The translations under genes and the position numbers were made by a program. From Octopus vulgaris (lineage: Eukaryota): a DNA stretch of 64,000 bases. The notes under the pieces were generated by a model, which was not told where the DNA came from, did no database searches, and saw only the letters and a program-made list of their open reading frames with translations. Positions 63,447 through 64,000 of the stretch are shown piece by piece (the stretch's first letter is position 1; the number at the start of each line of letters is the position of its first letter). Location of the stretch: contig OX597824.1 of assembly GCA_951406725.2 (NCBI GenBank), positions 31,806,001 to 31,870,000 of the forward strand, in the 5' to 3' direction.

Positions 63447-64000
63447 TAATTACACAGCAGACAGTATCAAATTGGTTTGCAAAATTTCATTCTGGTAACT
63501 TTGACCTCACAACTGAGCAACATAGTCGACCAGAATCAAAAGTGGATAATGATGAACTGGAAGTCACCATTGAGTCAAATCCATGTCAAAGTGCCCTTGA
63601 ATTATCATTGTTGTTTGGTGTTAGCAAGCAAACAATATTGATTCACCTAGTTCAAATCGGTACAGTGAAAATTTGGATAAGTGGGTTCTACATGAACTCA
63701 ATGAAAATCAGAAACAGCAATGTTTGGAAGCCTGCATTATGCTACTTTCTTATCACAAAAATGAATTATTTTTGAATCAAATTGTAACATGTGATGAGAA
63801 ATGAATCCAATACAACAACCATAAACATTCAGCACAATGGTTAGACAAAGACAAGCCACCAAAACATAGTCCAAAAAGCAAAATTCATTAAAAGAAGCTG
63901 ATGGTGTGTGTTTGGCGGTTTGGCGCAAGTGTGATCCATTATGATTTCATTAAACCTGGCCCATCAATCACGGCCGAAGTATACTGCAGCCAGCTGGACC
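63447..64000 (+). mobile_element. Degraded mariner transposase, runs off the window
   Basis: QTVSNWFAKFHSGNFDL; IVTCDEK*IQYNN; WLDKD..PK; I.AEVYCSQLD. Confidence 0.85.

Overview
Repeat-dense, AT-rich animal genomic DNA. The SINE and RTE families resemble those known from octopus (coleoid cephalopod) genomes; that assignment is an inference. I found no intact host protein-coding gene, only a few weak candidate small exons. Most listed ORFs are microsatellite or SINE artefacts. The window holds three tRNA-headed SINE families (here A, B, C) and RTE LINEs with a PHD-like finger inside ORF2 and a 60-bp hairpin minisatellite in the 3' UTR. Also present: a rearranged HERO-like element, R4-like, Tx1/L1-like and CR1-group remnants, a Penelope-like GIY-YIG fragment, and Tc1, mariner, pogo/Tigger, hAT, Chapaev3-like, piggyBac-type MITE and Helentron-like DNA elements. 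The most interesting signal is non-coding. Several unrelated short elements, mostly in or next to (TA)n tracts, carry minimal type I hammerhead ribozyme motifs. One is a ~350-nt tandem-plus-inverted repeat (29271-30180) with retrozyme architecture. Together with the GIY-YIG element, which has its own hammerhead, this suggests a Penelope-driven family of ribozyme-bearing non-autonomous retroelements. Most copies carry core mutations. Boundaries of degraded elements are approximate.
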